The position numbers were made by a program, and so were the translations under genes. DNA of 64,000 bases from the human T2T-CHM13v2.0 reference genome, Homo sapiens. The notes under the pieces were generated by a model. That model saw only the letters and a program-made list of their open reading frames with translations, was not told where the DNA came from and did not search any database. The stretch spans positions 19,552,001 through 19,616,000 of the forward strand of contig CP086569.2 of NCBI GenBank assembly GCA_009914755.4. The letters run 5' to 3'. Each line of letters opens with the position of its first letter. The stretch's first letter is position 1. Below are positions 1 through 13,018 of this stretch, one piece after another.

Positions 1-1809
1 TCCTGTAACATGCCTGGCTTCTCTGTAAATTGATAAAAGCTTATATTTATATCCATATAGGCCTTTTCTTCCACATTGGACAGAGATGTCCTTGCTCACT
101 TTGTAAATTCTGTGCTACACATGCATAGGTATTACCATAAGCCTGTAGGTTGCATAAATCCTGGTTGCTCAGTTTTATTATGATTATGATTATTCTTCTT
201 TAACAAGGATGCATAGTGTCAGGTAATTCAAACCTAGCTTTGTTCTAACTTTGATGTAAATCAAAGTTTCTCGATTGTATACAGTTAGGAAGAATATTTC
301 CAATGTCTGCAAGAATACTCACATACCTTGGTTATTTTGCACACAAAGTAACCCGTGTGTTACAGAAACATTGGCCACTTGTTTCTTTATAAAACTGTAC
401 ATCTCTCCTAAAAGAATATTGAAAGCTGCTTGAAGGGAAATGCATTCTTTTTACCTTTATACCTGCTGTCTTTGACCGTCACTGAAAATCAACACAAGCT
501 TCCTGGCTGTATGCAAACTGAACTCTTTATTTCCTTGTCCTAGATTTAGAACTTTCTGATAAGTTCTGGGTTAATCCTACCAGGTCACTAATGTGAGCTT
601 CTTGTTTGTGAATGAACAGACACATATACACACATTTGAATTTTTAAAATTTTTGCATATGAATAAGAAAGCTTAGGAGCGATCTTCTGAATTCTAGTTT
701 TTTGGAACTGAGATGCTAAATTTAAATTTGTATGAACAATGGCCTTTCCTTTCTCTCAGATAGATGAAAGCTTTTGAGACATTTTTTGAGACATTTATCC
801 CTCTCCAACATATACATATATATATTTTTTGAGGCAGGGTCCCATTTTGTTACCCACTATATAAGTTCATGTCAATATAAAAATCCAAGTAGGTCAGTGT
901 TCCTATATTATATTTATGTATACATATATACATATGTGTCTGTGTGTACTTATGTATGTATGCAATGTAAAGAAGAATACTTACAGCTAACTTTACACAC
1001 TATATTCAATGTAGACATGCTAGGCTTTATAAATCACATAGATAAATGCTATATTCTTGGAATGAAAAGTGTGGTGTTTGTACCTACCAGTCATTTTCAT
1101 TACAAGTAGGAACACTTTCATAAGGCTAGGGCTTAATAGAACAAAAAAATTCATATTTAGGAATGAGAAGAAATGGTGCCAGAAAACAAAAATGGTACTC
1201 ACTATGGAAAAAGTATAATCAGCTGCACTGAAAAACCTCAAACACAAACAAAGAATTACAAAAATACATCAAAATATCAAAGAGGTAAGCTCATTTATCT
1301 TGCTCTTTTGGGACAGGGCAAGCTCATTTGTATTCAGGACAGTAGGACACAGGCTTTATGCAGTAAGGATCTTACACCCATGGCAACTAAAAAATTCACA
1401 GAAGAGCATACGGGTCTACAGCCAGAGCTCATATATATGTAACAATACTTTTTCAAACAAAGGATTGGATGTTTACTACAGAAATAAGATGTCAAAATTC
1501 AGTTTTTGCTACATAATTACTGATTACTTGACCTGATATGAGCATGCCCCATGCCTGTGTAAACTCTGCCTTCCACTTGTCATTAAGGTAAGTAAGCTGT
1601 AGCTTTCAAAGCTCAGACCTTCTTTGTATATGAGTGACATGCTTCAAACAACCCAAACACTCTTAACTTAATCAAAATCAAAAACAAAAACAACAACAAA
1701 AAAATTCTCCAGGTTTATATTTGAGAGTTTTTAACCTTAAAAATAAAAGTTAGTTCAGGTAATATGTCAGCAAGAAGGTCTTATTTATATCCCTACTCTC
1801 CTGTTATGA

Positions 1810-2660
1810 ATTATAATTGGCTGACCAAGTGGGCGAAGGATATGAACAGACACTTCTCAAAAGAAGACATTTATGCAGCCAAAAGACACATGAAAAAATG
1901 CTCATCATCACTGGCCCTCAGAGAAATGCAAATACAAACCACAATGAGATACCATCTCATACCAGTTAGAATGGTGATCATTAAAAAGTCAGGAAACAAC
2001 AGGTGCTGGAGAGGATGTGGAGTAATAGGAACACTTTTACAGTGTTGGTGGGACTGTAACCTAGTTCCAACATTGTGGAAGTCAGTGTGGTGATTCTTCG
2101 GGGATCTAGAATTAGAAACACCATTTGACCCAGCAATCATATTACTGGGTATATACCCAAAGGATTATAAATCATGCTTGTATAAGGAAACATGCACATG
2201 TATGTTTATTGTGGCACTATTCACAATAGGAAAGACTTGGAACCAACCCAAATGTCAAACAATGGTAGACTGGATGAAGAAAATGTGGCACATATACACC
2301 ATGGAATACTATGCAGCTGTAAAAAATGATGAGTTCATGTCCTTTGTAGGGACATGGATGAAGCTGGAAACCATAATTCTCAGCAAACTATCACAAGGAC
2401 AAAAACCACACACTGCATGTTCTCACTCATAGGCGGGAATTGAACAATGAGAACAAATGGACACAGGAAGGGGAACTTCACATACCGGGGCCTGTTGTGG
2501 GGTTGGGAGAGTGGGAAGGGATAGCATTTGGAGATATACCTAATGTTAAATGATGAGTTACTGGGTTCAGCACACCAACGTGGCACATGTATACATATGT
2601 AACTAACCTGCATGTTGTGCACATGTACCCTAAAACTTAAAGTATAATAATAAAAAAATT
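1810..2660 (+). mobile_element. L1 (LINE-1) 3' end: ORF2 C-terminal coding part plus 3' UTR, ending in an A-rich tail
   Basis: ORF 1764-2093 translates to [76 protein letters not shown], the canonical L1 ORF2 C-terminus. Downstream sequence matches the L1PA 3' UTR and ends aataataaaaaaa at ~2657. Confidence 0.9.
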
Positions 2661-3226
2661 GCTGACCTCATAATTGAAAAAGAATCTTTTGTTGAATACC
2701 TAGTGAGATCTCTGATTATGTAATCTTAGCTGTATTTCTGGCATTTTTGATAACTTTCTCATGCTAAATACCTGGCTTTTAAAATTTCAAACTTCATCAA
2801 CTTAGATAGGGATAAGAACTTCCTGGCTTTACATAAGCTTGATGGCTTTCTTGGGGTGGATCTGTGGTCATGGGCTGTATGTGGTCTTCCTGGCTTTGCC
2901 AATCTTCACACTTCTCCTTGATTTAAAAGATAACTGTCAGAGCTGTACAAACAATAGACTGCTATTTTATTGAATATTGAATTCTACTTTCTGATTGAGA
3001 AACCCTGGACCCTCTATTTTAAAGATATAAATATAACAATTGAGATTTATAAATTATAGACTAGCTTTTTGGATAGGAGCATGTCTATGCTTTTATCTCT
3101 TTCCTGTGGACATAGATTGACCATTTAAATACAACCCAAACTCTTCCTTTTTGATAAAGAAGTATTATCTGTAAATATACAGAAAGTGCAGTTCTGGACT
3201 ATGGATGCAACTTCCGATCTGTGTAA

Positions 3227-3601
<375 letters not shown>

Positions 3602-4144
3602 TCTGTAACAGCCTATTATAAAATGTGGTGTTGGGTTTATCCAAAGCTGTGTGTTCTTTTTGGCCTGGATATAGCTACAACATTTCCAGCTCTCTAAACT
3701 CTAACCTCCCTTACATGCTCTTTAAAGTATAAATATTGCTATATCAGAAGCAGGCAAACTGTGATCTCTTAACCGTCTTTAACCAACTGTGGTGGGGGCT
3801 TACTATGAGCAGAGAGAGACTTATCATAGAGTAACAGTTCAGAGCAAGAGCTTTGGCGTCAGACTTGGGCTTGAGTGCAAGCTTCACAGTCAACTGTGAC
3901 CTGAGAAGGGAGAAGAGTGAGCCCTTCCCAGTTGTTTTAGATGATATTGCTAGTATGGTAGCCTGCATATGGCTAAATGCTCAGCCATGTAAACAAAAGT
4001 CTTATTATTAAGTTTTCCCTGGGGCTATATATTTTACTTCAGCTAAATGCTGATATTCATAGAATCGTGTAGAAGAATAGGTAGGTATAAAGAAATGCAA
4101 TGGTGCATTTATATTTTACAGAGTTCTTGAGGCTCTTGAGATTA

Positions 4145-4761
4145 ATGGTGGCAGTAAATTCATCACTTTTTAAAGTAATTCTCCTTGGAGATGGTGAATT
4201 GGGAGGTGAAGTTGGGAGAAATTCACTTATAAATAGATTTTTAACTAATAAGTTTGATATAGAGCTATTTAAGACAATAGATGTGAAATTTTTAAATAAG
4301 ATTTGGAAGTGGATAAACATTTTGGTGCCACGCAGATTTGGGACATGTCAGGTCAGGAGTGATTCTAAAGCCTGAGGACATCATTTTACAGAGATTCTGT
4401 CTGCCGCCTGCTTACTTTTGTTATCGATGATTCACAAAGCTTCCAGAACTTTAGTAACTGGAAGAAAGAATTCATATATTATACAAATGTGGAAGAACAA
4501 GAGAGCTTTCCTTCTGTGGTTCTGAATAACAAGACTGACATAAACAAACAGCAGGTGTCTGCAAAATAAACCCAAGCTTGTGCATGGATGACGGCTATTA
4601 TTTTTACTTTGAAACAAGTGCAAAAGGTGCCACAAGTGCAGCAGCAGCCTTTGAGGAGGCGGTTTGAAGAGTTCCTGTGAACAAGGTTTGTTGGATCAGT
4701 TGACACACACAGACACAGTCAATCTTCATTGAAAGCCCAGGACTAGCTCATCTTGCCGTGA
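4145..4761 (+). pseudogene. RAB9A-like pseudogene (single-exon coding region, disrupted): homolog of the RAB9A small GTPase
   Basis: Translation MVAVNSSLFKVILLGDG..NKFDIELFKTIDVKFLNK.. then DLEVDKHFGATQIWDMSGQE* then ..DSQSFQNFSNWKKEFIYY..SFPSVVLNNK..AQAWCMDDGYYFYFETSAK..AAAFEEAV..TEDRSDHLIQTDTVNLHRKP matches RAB9A along its whole length. There is a 12-nt insertion in the P-loop, a frameshift after FLNK, TGA at the position of the RAB9A Arg in DTAGQERF, and further stops. It ends at TGA 4759-4761, aligned to the ...SSSCC* terminus. Confidence 0.85.
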
Positions 4762-5379
4762 ATTTTTAGAGGTTGTTGATGCATTCTAATCAACTCACAG
4801 GTATACACAAAATCACCATGGGGATAAAAAAAGAATTAGCGTTTGCAGCAGTGTATCATCTACTAATAAAATTCAAAGAATAGATTGTCCTTCTATATTA
4901 GCTGGTGGGAGAAGGGACACAGCCACTCATGGAAGAACATATTTTCTCAATAATGACACTTTACATCTATAAAGTTGTATTAAAATTGTAATGTTTTCAA
5001 GAACATTTCTTTGATTTACATATATAGATTACAGATCTCAGAAATGAGATAACCAAGACTAATTATAATTAAAATAAGAAACTTGACTACTCTAGAAGTT
5101 ATACCTGAATTTTTTTCTTGGGAAAATGTAGTACTACTTTTTACATATACAAGATTTTATGCAATTAGCATTGCATTCTTGGTTCAAGGAAATAATTTCC
5201 TAAAGCAAAAATGTTAGATATTGAAGACTAAAATCTAATGTATTTTCAGTAGATTGTTACTTCATTTACTTCATCACTCTCTTCAAAATTACTTAACCTT
5301 CCCTATTTTTATTCTACATTTCATTAGAATTACTCTCACTAGTAATTACGTAACACTTCTGTGCCATGAATGCACCTCT

Positions 5380-5700
5380 ACCCCCATAGATCATGTTCCA
5401 CAGCTCCAGGAGAAGGGTGGGCCCCCAGTGTACAAGAGTTGCTTCATACATTTAGTCATACATCCAGCTAAACTTGGGCTATCCATGAGTGGAAATCATT
5501 TCCATAGACACAGTTCAGTTTTAAGAAAAAAGCTAACTACTGAACTTAGAGAACAGACAAGCGTGCATTTGATAACTGATGTACCAATTACAATGTGCTG
5601 TGTGGAGGATACAAAATTACACTTCCACTAATGGACTAGTTAATATTTATGTTGCTTTCTTTAACCTTAGGGAAAGCCTCCTAGTTGCAGTTAAACTATT
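5380..5700. repeat. Diverged direct repeat, copy A (pairs with 6290-6620)
   Basis: ~320 bp alignable at ~75% with 6290-6620 (ccatagat..gggtgg..catacatccagc..gctaactactgaact..gagaacagacaa..ggtacaaaatt..aatggact..cttagggaga..cctagttg.agttaaa). Same orientation, ~910 bp spacing. Confidence 0.6.
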
Positions 5701-6289
5701 GTTTTTTAACATAAGACACAGGCTAACCTTATGTCTCCCGAGAAAATACTAAGGATTGTACTTTGTCAGAAGGTACATAAAGACAACTTTATTCAGCTGT
5801 GTATTTACTTAGTATCTTATCTATCACTGAACATTGTTTAGTTATTTATCTCAGGAATTTTTGTTGTTGTTGTTCTTCCAAAGAGACTCGCTCCAATGAT
5901 CATACTTGTTGAAGCAAATTGTGGTCTTTCATAGATGAAGTTCATATGCTGTGCAGTTGGTGACTCTCTGATTCTACGGAGGCTAACTGAAGCCTAGCCT
6001 AAGTGTGAATGAGACCCTCAACTGGGGAATGATGGGGATATCAAAGAACACTCTGGGTGAGGGCAGCTGGCTGTCATATAGGGAAAGGGTTTTTAAAAAA
6101 TTACATTGAAACATTTCTCTTCTTGGCTCCACCCACTGGGAATCAATGTAAAAACATTCTGGTAAGCTAAGTTTTTTAAAGTCTAATATCCTAAAATAAG
6201 GGTCGAATTTGCCATCTGAAAACATTTTATGGAAAATACAATAGAAGTTTGCTGGAGAACAAAGCAGGCGGTGAGTGTGCAGCTGGAGT

Positions 6290-6620
6290 GGAGATAAGCT
6301 GCTGCAGAGCCTCTCTAGACAAAAGAGCCATAGATTGTCCTCCATACTTTGATGAAAGGGTGGAGCCCTGTGATACAGGAGTTGCTCCATACGGTCTGTC
6401 ATACATCCAGCGAGGTTCGAGCTATGAATGAAAGCTTTTCCCTTGAGAGAGATTAGGATTTTTTTTTAAGGCTAACTACTGAACTTTGAGAACAGACAAA
6501 TGAGCTTTGCATTATTGATGCAACGTGCTGTTCAGAGGGTACAAAATTCCAAATTCATTAATGGACTAAATATTTTTGTTACTTTTCTTCCTTAGGGAGA
6601 GATTCCTAGTTGAAGTTAAA
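6290..6620. repeat. Diverged direct repeat, copy B (pairs with 5380-5700)
   Basis: See copy A. Possibly LTR-like ends of an old element or an ancient local duplication in the TRAPPC2-like 3' region. Confidence 0.6.
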
Positions 6621-7699
6621 ACATTCCTACTCTTTCTTGTCTTAGAGAAAACCTTCTTATGTTTCTGTACAAACTAAATTTTCACTTTCATATTATGACA
6701 ACACCATGTTAGTTGTGTCACAGTATCCATGTATTGCAGAGTAGTAAAGTGTTAAGCAGAAAAATGCACCAGTGTGGTACCCACAGAAAGATGGTGTCTG
6801 GACACTCGGTAGTTTCTGGAACTCAGAACTGACAGACAGGGAATGCTGAAGTGACTGAAAGTTTGAAGAGTGCAGGGACAGCATGGGCAGAACAGAAATT
6901 GATAGTGTCTATGTCCACGCCAAAGAAGTATTCTAGGAATTTTCCAGCTATAGCAAGAGCACAAACCTCGATGTGTGCATATTATCTGGATTATTTTTGG
7001 AGCAGGAAAGTAGATAACCAACTTAGTGCTAACATAGATGTGCTCAGGGGAACCAAATTACAAAACTGATCTCACCCTATTCCTCTTGCATTAAATAACC
7101 TTCCAGAGATATCACTTACAAGATCCAAGCTTTTTCAACTTATCTTTCTTCATAATCTTCTCCTATCTATCAGCTCTCAGTTCTACACTTGTGCCCCAGT
7201 GCCCTTCTTCATGCCAGCACACCCGCAATGCTTTCCTCTGCAGCCCACGTTGGAAGTCCCACTCAATGCTCCACTTCCCTTCCAGCTCCTTCAAAGTACC
7301 AGTCACACAGAAAAATTGGCATTTAACTTTAATAATATACACATAGGAAGTGTATTACTAGTTTCTACGTCACATTCACCATCTTGAAGAAAAGGTTATT
7401 TTCAGCGTACCACTGTTGTTCAGCTGAGCCATGACTTCCCACTGTCAGTCATCCTACTGCTCTTGGCTGGCTTGCATCACAGCCCTCTGAATTATATGTT
7501 CACAGAGGCCAGAACCAACAATATTAAAAAATACATGTTTGCTGAAATTACTCTCAGATTTGTAGATGAGTATGTACCTTTTTCTGCTCCCAAAGCTCCG
7601 ACATTTAGTGTGAGTTAAGCTGAGTGCTGTATAACAGGTTAGGATATCATACAAATTTGCACACTACCAATAGAGAAAACAGGACAAAAACAGTTGTAG

Positions 7700-7996
7700 T
7701 GGGCAGCACTTTAAATAGTAGGTTGGAGGGCTGTTCGTGGGGGCTTATGCCAGTAATTGCAGGACTTTCAGAGGCCAAAGTGAGTAGATCATGAGGATAG
7801 GAGTTCCAGAACTGCCTGGGAAATGTGGTGAAACCATGTCTCTACTAAACACAAAAATTAGTCAGGCATTGTGGTGGGTACTTGTAACCCCAGCTACTTG
7901 GGAGCCTGAGGCAGAGAATTGCTTGGTCCCAGGAGGTGGAGGTTAAAGTGAGCCAAGATCACGCCACTGCACTCCAGCCTGGATGACAGAGAATAG
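7700..7996 (+). mobile_element. Alu element (diverged left arm, good right arm)
   Basis: ggagttccagaactgcctgggaaatgtggtgaaaccatgtctctactaaa...gccactgcactccagcctgg, followed directly by a microsatellite. Confidence 0.8.
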
Positions 7997-8074
<78 letters not shown>

Positions 8075-8190
8075 CTATATATACATAGATACATACATAT
8101 ACACACATTATGTTATATATTGTGTATATCTATATGGGGCACACACACACACATATATATAAACACACATACATACACACAAACACATAT
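7997..8190. repeat. Compound microsatellite (TA)n - (CA)n - (TATG/CA-rich)
   Basis: atatatatat... then cacacacacaca... seen directly. ORFs 7894-8106 and 8110-8359 are translations of this repeat. Confidence 0.95.
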
Positions 8191-8194
8191 ATTA

Positions 8195-8515
8195 GACCGA
8201 ATGCAGTGGCTCACACCTGTAATCCCAGGGGTCTGGGAGGCCAAAACTGGTGGACCACAAGGCCAAGAGTTCAATATCGGCCTGGACAATATGGTGAAAC
8301 ATTGTGTCTACTATAAAATGAAAGTTAGCCAGGTTTGGTGGCAGGCACCCATATTTTAAGCTACTTGGGAGTCTGAAGCAGGAGAATCACTTTTACTTGG
8401 GAGTCGGAGATTGCAGTGAGCTAAGATCATGACACTGCACTTCAGCCTGTGTGACAGAGTAAGACTCCATTACAAAACAAACAAGAAGGACAAAACAAAA
8501 CAAAAAAGAAGGACA
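8195..8515 (+). mobile_element. Alu element with A-rich tail
   Basis: gaccgaatgcagtggctcacacctgtaatcccagg...gattgcagtgagctaagatcatgacactgcacttcagcctg...acaaaacaaaacaaaaaag. Confidence 0.9.
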
Positions 8516-9204
8516 TCAAACTACCACAATCTTGAACAAACGTCTTTATTGAAGAAATCTAATAAATAAAGTAAAAATGATGGTAACAATTTAACACAAG
8601 GACACAAGAAAAAGCTTAGAATTATTTACTGAAAGGCAATTAAGATTGGAACTAAATCATTGAAGTTCTCATCAGTATCACAGATGGTATTACCTGCTTT
8701 TCAATGAACATTAATGAATTTATACTAAGATCTTATCCTGGGAAAAAAGAAATCATTCTCACCCTTTTCTGTTTTATTGTCTTATCCTCTCAAAGTGCTG
8801 ACATTACAAGCATGCCCAGGCATATTCCAAATGTTTTATAAAACTTCTGCCACTTCCTCCACCTTTTCTTCACCAAAAAAACAAGTATTACTTAGAATTT
8901 CAATATATAATACAAATAATACAACTGTCATAACTGAAGCACCTGTGTTGATATCAGTACGTACTCATGGTCTGGATTTTTTCAAAGATACTAAGCACTG
9001 AAGAAGTGTCTTTTTGGCTTCTTGAGTACTGCTGTGTATACTACTATACATTTTTATAGTATCTCTGCATGCATAAACATGTTAATATGAATATACATGC
9101 TATCATATTTTCTTCCCCACTGCAGAATAGTATTGTTTTGAATCTGTCTACCAAATCTACACTGACATTTATTTTTGGGTAGTTACATAAAGATAAACCT
9201 ATCT

Positions 9205-9535
9205 GGGATAGGCATGGTGGCTCATGTTTGTACTTCCAGAACTTTGGGAGGCTGAGGTAACTGAATCACTTGAGATCAGGAGTTGCAGACAAGCCTGACA
9301 GACTTGTAATAGATGTAGTAGGCTTAGGTCTCTAATAAAAATATAACAAAGTACAAAACTACCTGCCTACTAAAAATACAAAAATTAACCAGGAATGATG
9401 TTGGGCACTTGCAGTGCCAGCAAATCAGGAGACTGAGTTGGGAGAGTCTCAATGGTTGCAGTGAGCCAAGATTACAACCTTGAGCCTATGCGACAGATTG
9501 GAGACTCCGTCTCAAAAAAAAAAAAAAAAAAAAAG
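9205..9535 (+). mobile_element. Alu element (older copy with an internal insertion) ending in poly-A
   Basis: gggataggcatggtggctcatgtttgtacttccagaactttgggaggctgagg ... gcagtgagccaagattacaacc ... ctccgtctcaaaaaaaaaaaaaaaaaaa. Confidence 0.85.
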
Positions 9536-10416
9536 GAGTGGACCATCCGTCTTTAGTGACTATTTGGTCACAGAAAAATCAATTCCTGCCAGTTTATGAT
9601 CTTTGTTAACAGAACATTAACTTATTTGTAAAGTAGATGGAAACATCTTAGATTCAATTATGAAGTAGTTTTCCCTGATATAGGCTGCTTCCTTGGCCTC
9701 TTTAGGGTTCCCTAATAGTGTCAGCAATGAACACCAAAAGGGGAAGAATGAAAACAATTTATTTTCACAACCATTCATAATAACTACCATGAGTTGTGTT
9801 TCTAAATACCTATTCAACTGTCTGTGAAGACTCACTTGCCATAAGAGTTGCCAGAGATACCTCTGATATGGAAAAGTTTGTCTGAAAGGTAAACATACAG
9901 CCAAAGGAAATTATGTTGATAGGCCAGTTTCCTGACAAAGATCAAATTCATTTTGTAATTGTCAGATTTAAAAAATTATAGTAAATATCATACTTTTATA
10001 TGTAAATGATAAACACCAGCAAAGAAGTGCTTTATTTCATCTTCTTGCCTTATGTCATGAAGCATAATAAATCTCATATGTAACATAATTAAGGCAAAAT
10101 CTTTCACAAAAATAAAAAACAAAAAGAAATCAGTTCCTTGATGCAATAGTCTTCAAATTAGAAACACACAATATATTAGTGATGAAAGAATTGAATACAA
10201 AACTGGGTTTAAAATTAGCTTAGTTTTATCGTAAAGAGAAAATAAACTTTCAAAGTCAGAAAATAACTATAAAATAAAGTTAAATAACTTGTGATATGAT
10301 TCAGATAAACTTTTTTGTGGTATGAAACTTAGTTTTATAACTAGCTGTTTTACAATATGTCCCGTTCCCCAGTAAAATAAATGTAGCACCATAAATGATA
10401 ACTTTTACTTTTATAC

Positions 10417-10664
10417 CTGACTGCGAAGTCTGCAGACTTGGAGCATGGCATCTCTGTTCCATGTTCTTCTAGTTTGTGAACCCAAACTTTAGTTATCTTT
10501 ACTAAAAATGTCAGGATATGTCCTGCAGTGTTGAATGCTGACACAAATCCCTCATTGATCTTGTCCACAGTTTTCAAGTACATGTTGCTCAACAGCCACA
10601 TGTTCTCATCTATGAGGTTGACAGCAGCATGAACTACGAACTCGTTCAGATCATGATTATTGTC
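10417..10664 (-). pseudogene. TRAPPC2 (sedlin)-like internal coding exon. Both splice sites are retained but the frame is lost in the 3' half of the exon
   Basis: Minus-strand translation [49 protein letters not shown] matches TRAPPC2 [49 protein letters not shown]. It is flanked by the acceptor ..tcatctag|gac and the donor ..gtcag|gtataa. After TAGH the frame diverges from TRAPPC2 ([11 protein letters not shown]..), consistent with indels. Confidence 0.8.
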
Positions 10665-11339
10665 CTAGATGACAGTGTGAGAAACAATGGTTTAACATTT
10701 TCATATGGCATGAAGAATGCTGACATTACATTCTGTAAAGTGTGTAGGTTCTTTCTTTGTGGAGGAAAAAAACTGTTTGCTTTTTGTTTGTTGTTGTTTC
10801 AAGAGAAATATAAGAGATCTGTTTTCATGTTCTATTTTATTTTTAAATTTGATATCTAAATCTCAAAGAACAGAAACAGTCAACTAATAAACAAAACGTG
10901 TGTATAAGTATATATCCTGTGAAGAAAAGGTGCCATTTACAGCAGGTCTCAACATCTAGGAGGAAGCTAAGAAAGCCAGGCCTTTTGCAAAGTAGCACCA
11001 TGTAAGCAGTAGAGACAGTTGAAATGGCACTTGTAATGGCTACAAGAAGCTTCTTTCCAGTGCATGGAGCTTACATGCAAGTGGGTCCTGGGAGTAGCTG
11101 GAGATGATGCTAAGCCACAGCTGCAAGCAGTTGTGTTTGTCAACAGCAGGACACAGTTCTGTCAGAGCTGCTAGTGTCCTTTACCTTTGCTGAAATGGCT
11201 AAACTGAACAGAAGGTGGGACTGTCTGATTATCATGAAAAGAGGGTATTCACCACCTGGAACGCAATCTTACTCCAATGTAAGACTGAAATAAGAGTTTT
11301 TGAAGGACACCTCACTTATGGCTTGAAGTTTATCCTCTC

Positions 11340-11850
11340 AAAATGTTTTTGGTGAAGTCTTCAGTGACAGTACCTCAGAATGTGACCTCATTTGGAAAAA
11401 GGGTTGTTGTAGATGTGGTTACTGTGTTTACATTGCAGTAGGGTGAGTCTCTAATCCAACCACTGCTGTATTTAAAAAAGGGAAAATTTAGAGATGCACA
11501 CAAGAAGAAAAATGCCACATGAAGACTGGAGTTACATTGCCACAAGCCAAGGAACTTCCAAAAGCTGGGAGAGAGGCCAAACAGATCCCGGTCTTGCTGC
11601 ATGCATAGGGAACAGGGCTCCACTGACACCTTGATTTCAGACAGCGGCCCTCAGAAGTGAGATAACCAATTTCTGCTGTCCAAAGCCATTCCGTTGCTGG
11701 TACTGAGTTACAGAAGCCACAGGAAACCGGGACAGGCTCTTTGCTGAAGAGGTTGTTCCCATTCCTGGGGTGGATGAAGGTGGCTTGTTGCATTGAAATC
11801 CCCTGCACTATAAAATCATGTTTTACTTCACTCATGTTGCCATGAAAAAG
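11340..11850. repeat. Ancient mammalian interspersed repeat (family not assigned)
   Basis: The motif string tgacctcatttggaaaaagggt..gatgtggttact..ccaagccaaggaac..caccttgatttcagac..tctgctgtccaaagccat..gagttacagaagccacagg is the hallmark of a widespread old repeat. The overlapping minus-strand ORFs (11375-11629, 11488-11835) are its translation. Confidence 0.5.
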
Positions 11851-13018
11851 CTAAGGGGATCCTTAAAAGAATGCATTTTTCTCTTTCTGGCTCACAGCAG
11901 TGTTTTTCTTTACAATGATCATCAATCCTGAAGGATTAGGAGAAAACTGTGAAAATGCCTTAACAAGATGAGCTGTAGCAGGAGAAAGAACTAAAATCAA
12001 CTTATGCAACAAAGTATTTTTATGTGTGCTCCTTGTCCATCACAAGGCCAGTGGAGTGCACAGAAGCTATATATAAATAATGGCATCCCAGAAAGCAATA
12101 CTACTACAAGTATTCAAAACGAGTTTTAATGATTAGTGTCCTCAACTTAGGAGAAAATAATGTTGCAACAACATCTGGCAGATAATCCCAACTATCATAT
12201 TTTGGTGACAAGACCTAAAGAGTTGAAAAGTATGACACAGTGAACATTATACATTACAATTAACTTAAACCATTAACTCCTTGAAAGACATCAAAGAAAA
12301 TTTGGGGCATTGATAGAAACAGACCAACCGAGCCCACAAATTATTAGAAACATAAATAGGAAATGACTGCGTACTTCTCATGTGAAAACTCTAAAGTCTG
12401 TTTATTCTGAATGGCAACATGGTCTCTGACCAAGCCTGGTTTTTGAACCATTCTTGATGAGAAAGGTGAGTGTCATCACCTCTGGTGCTGCTTTTGAGCT
12501 TCCTGTGCATTGCCATGGTGTCGCTAGGGAGGGAAGCATGCATGCACAACCCATCCCGGAAGTGCTGCTGAAGGTAACTAAGGGTCTTTTTTTTTTTTTT
12601 TTTTTTTACCCAGTATTTCCTCATGAAAGACATATTCATGAAAACTGCCCGGACTTTCATGGCTGGCATTTCAAGGTAGCAACCCACTACAGGTGAACTA
12701 CATGTTTGAGTGCGTAAGCAGCAGCAATTCATAGTGTGTGACATATGAACTGAATATCATAGGAATGCCAGAGGTCATGCTAGTCTATGCTGAATTGAAG
12801 GATAAATAAAACAACTCCAAAGGTATTCCCTGGCTGGCTTCTATCCATCTGTGTGTGCTATAAATATAAATTTTTACAAATGCAAGAGACTATGATATGC
12901 CTCTTGAAACACCAATTTATAGACAGGAAGTTTTGTATTCTGGAAAAGATGGAAGAAATAATCCATAAGGAAATACAATCTGAGGCACTGGAGATTTTGC
13001 AATGAAGTTTAACAGATT

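Noticed and set aside
4145-4761. RAB9A-like segment as an independent processed retro-pseudogene
   Set aside because: The parental RAB9A CDS is itself intronless, so absence of introns is uninformative. I see no poly-A tail or TSD. The copy sits in X-like synteny, tail-to-tail with a TRAPPC2-like exon and upstream of OFD1-like exons, which favours a block (segmental) origin.
7894-8359. ORFs 7894-8106 (-), 8110-8316 (+) and 8120-8359 (+) with YIYIYI / HTHTHT peptides
   Set aside because: They are translations of the (TA)n/(CA)n compound microsatellite and adjacent Alu sequence.
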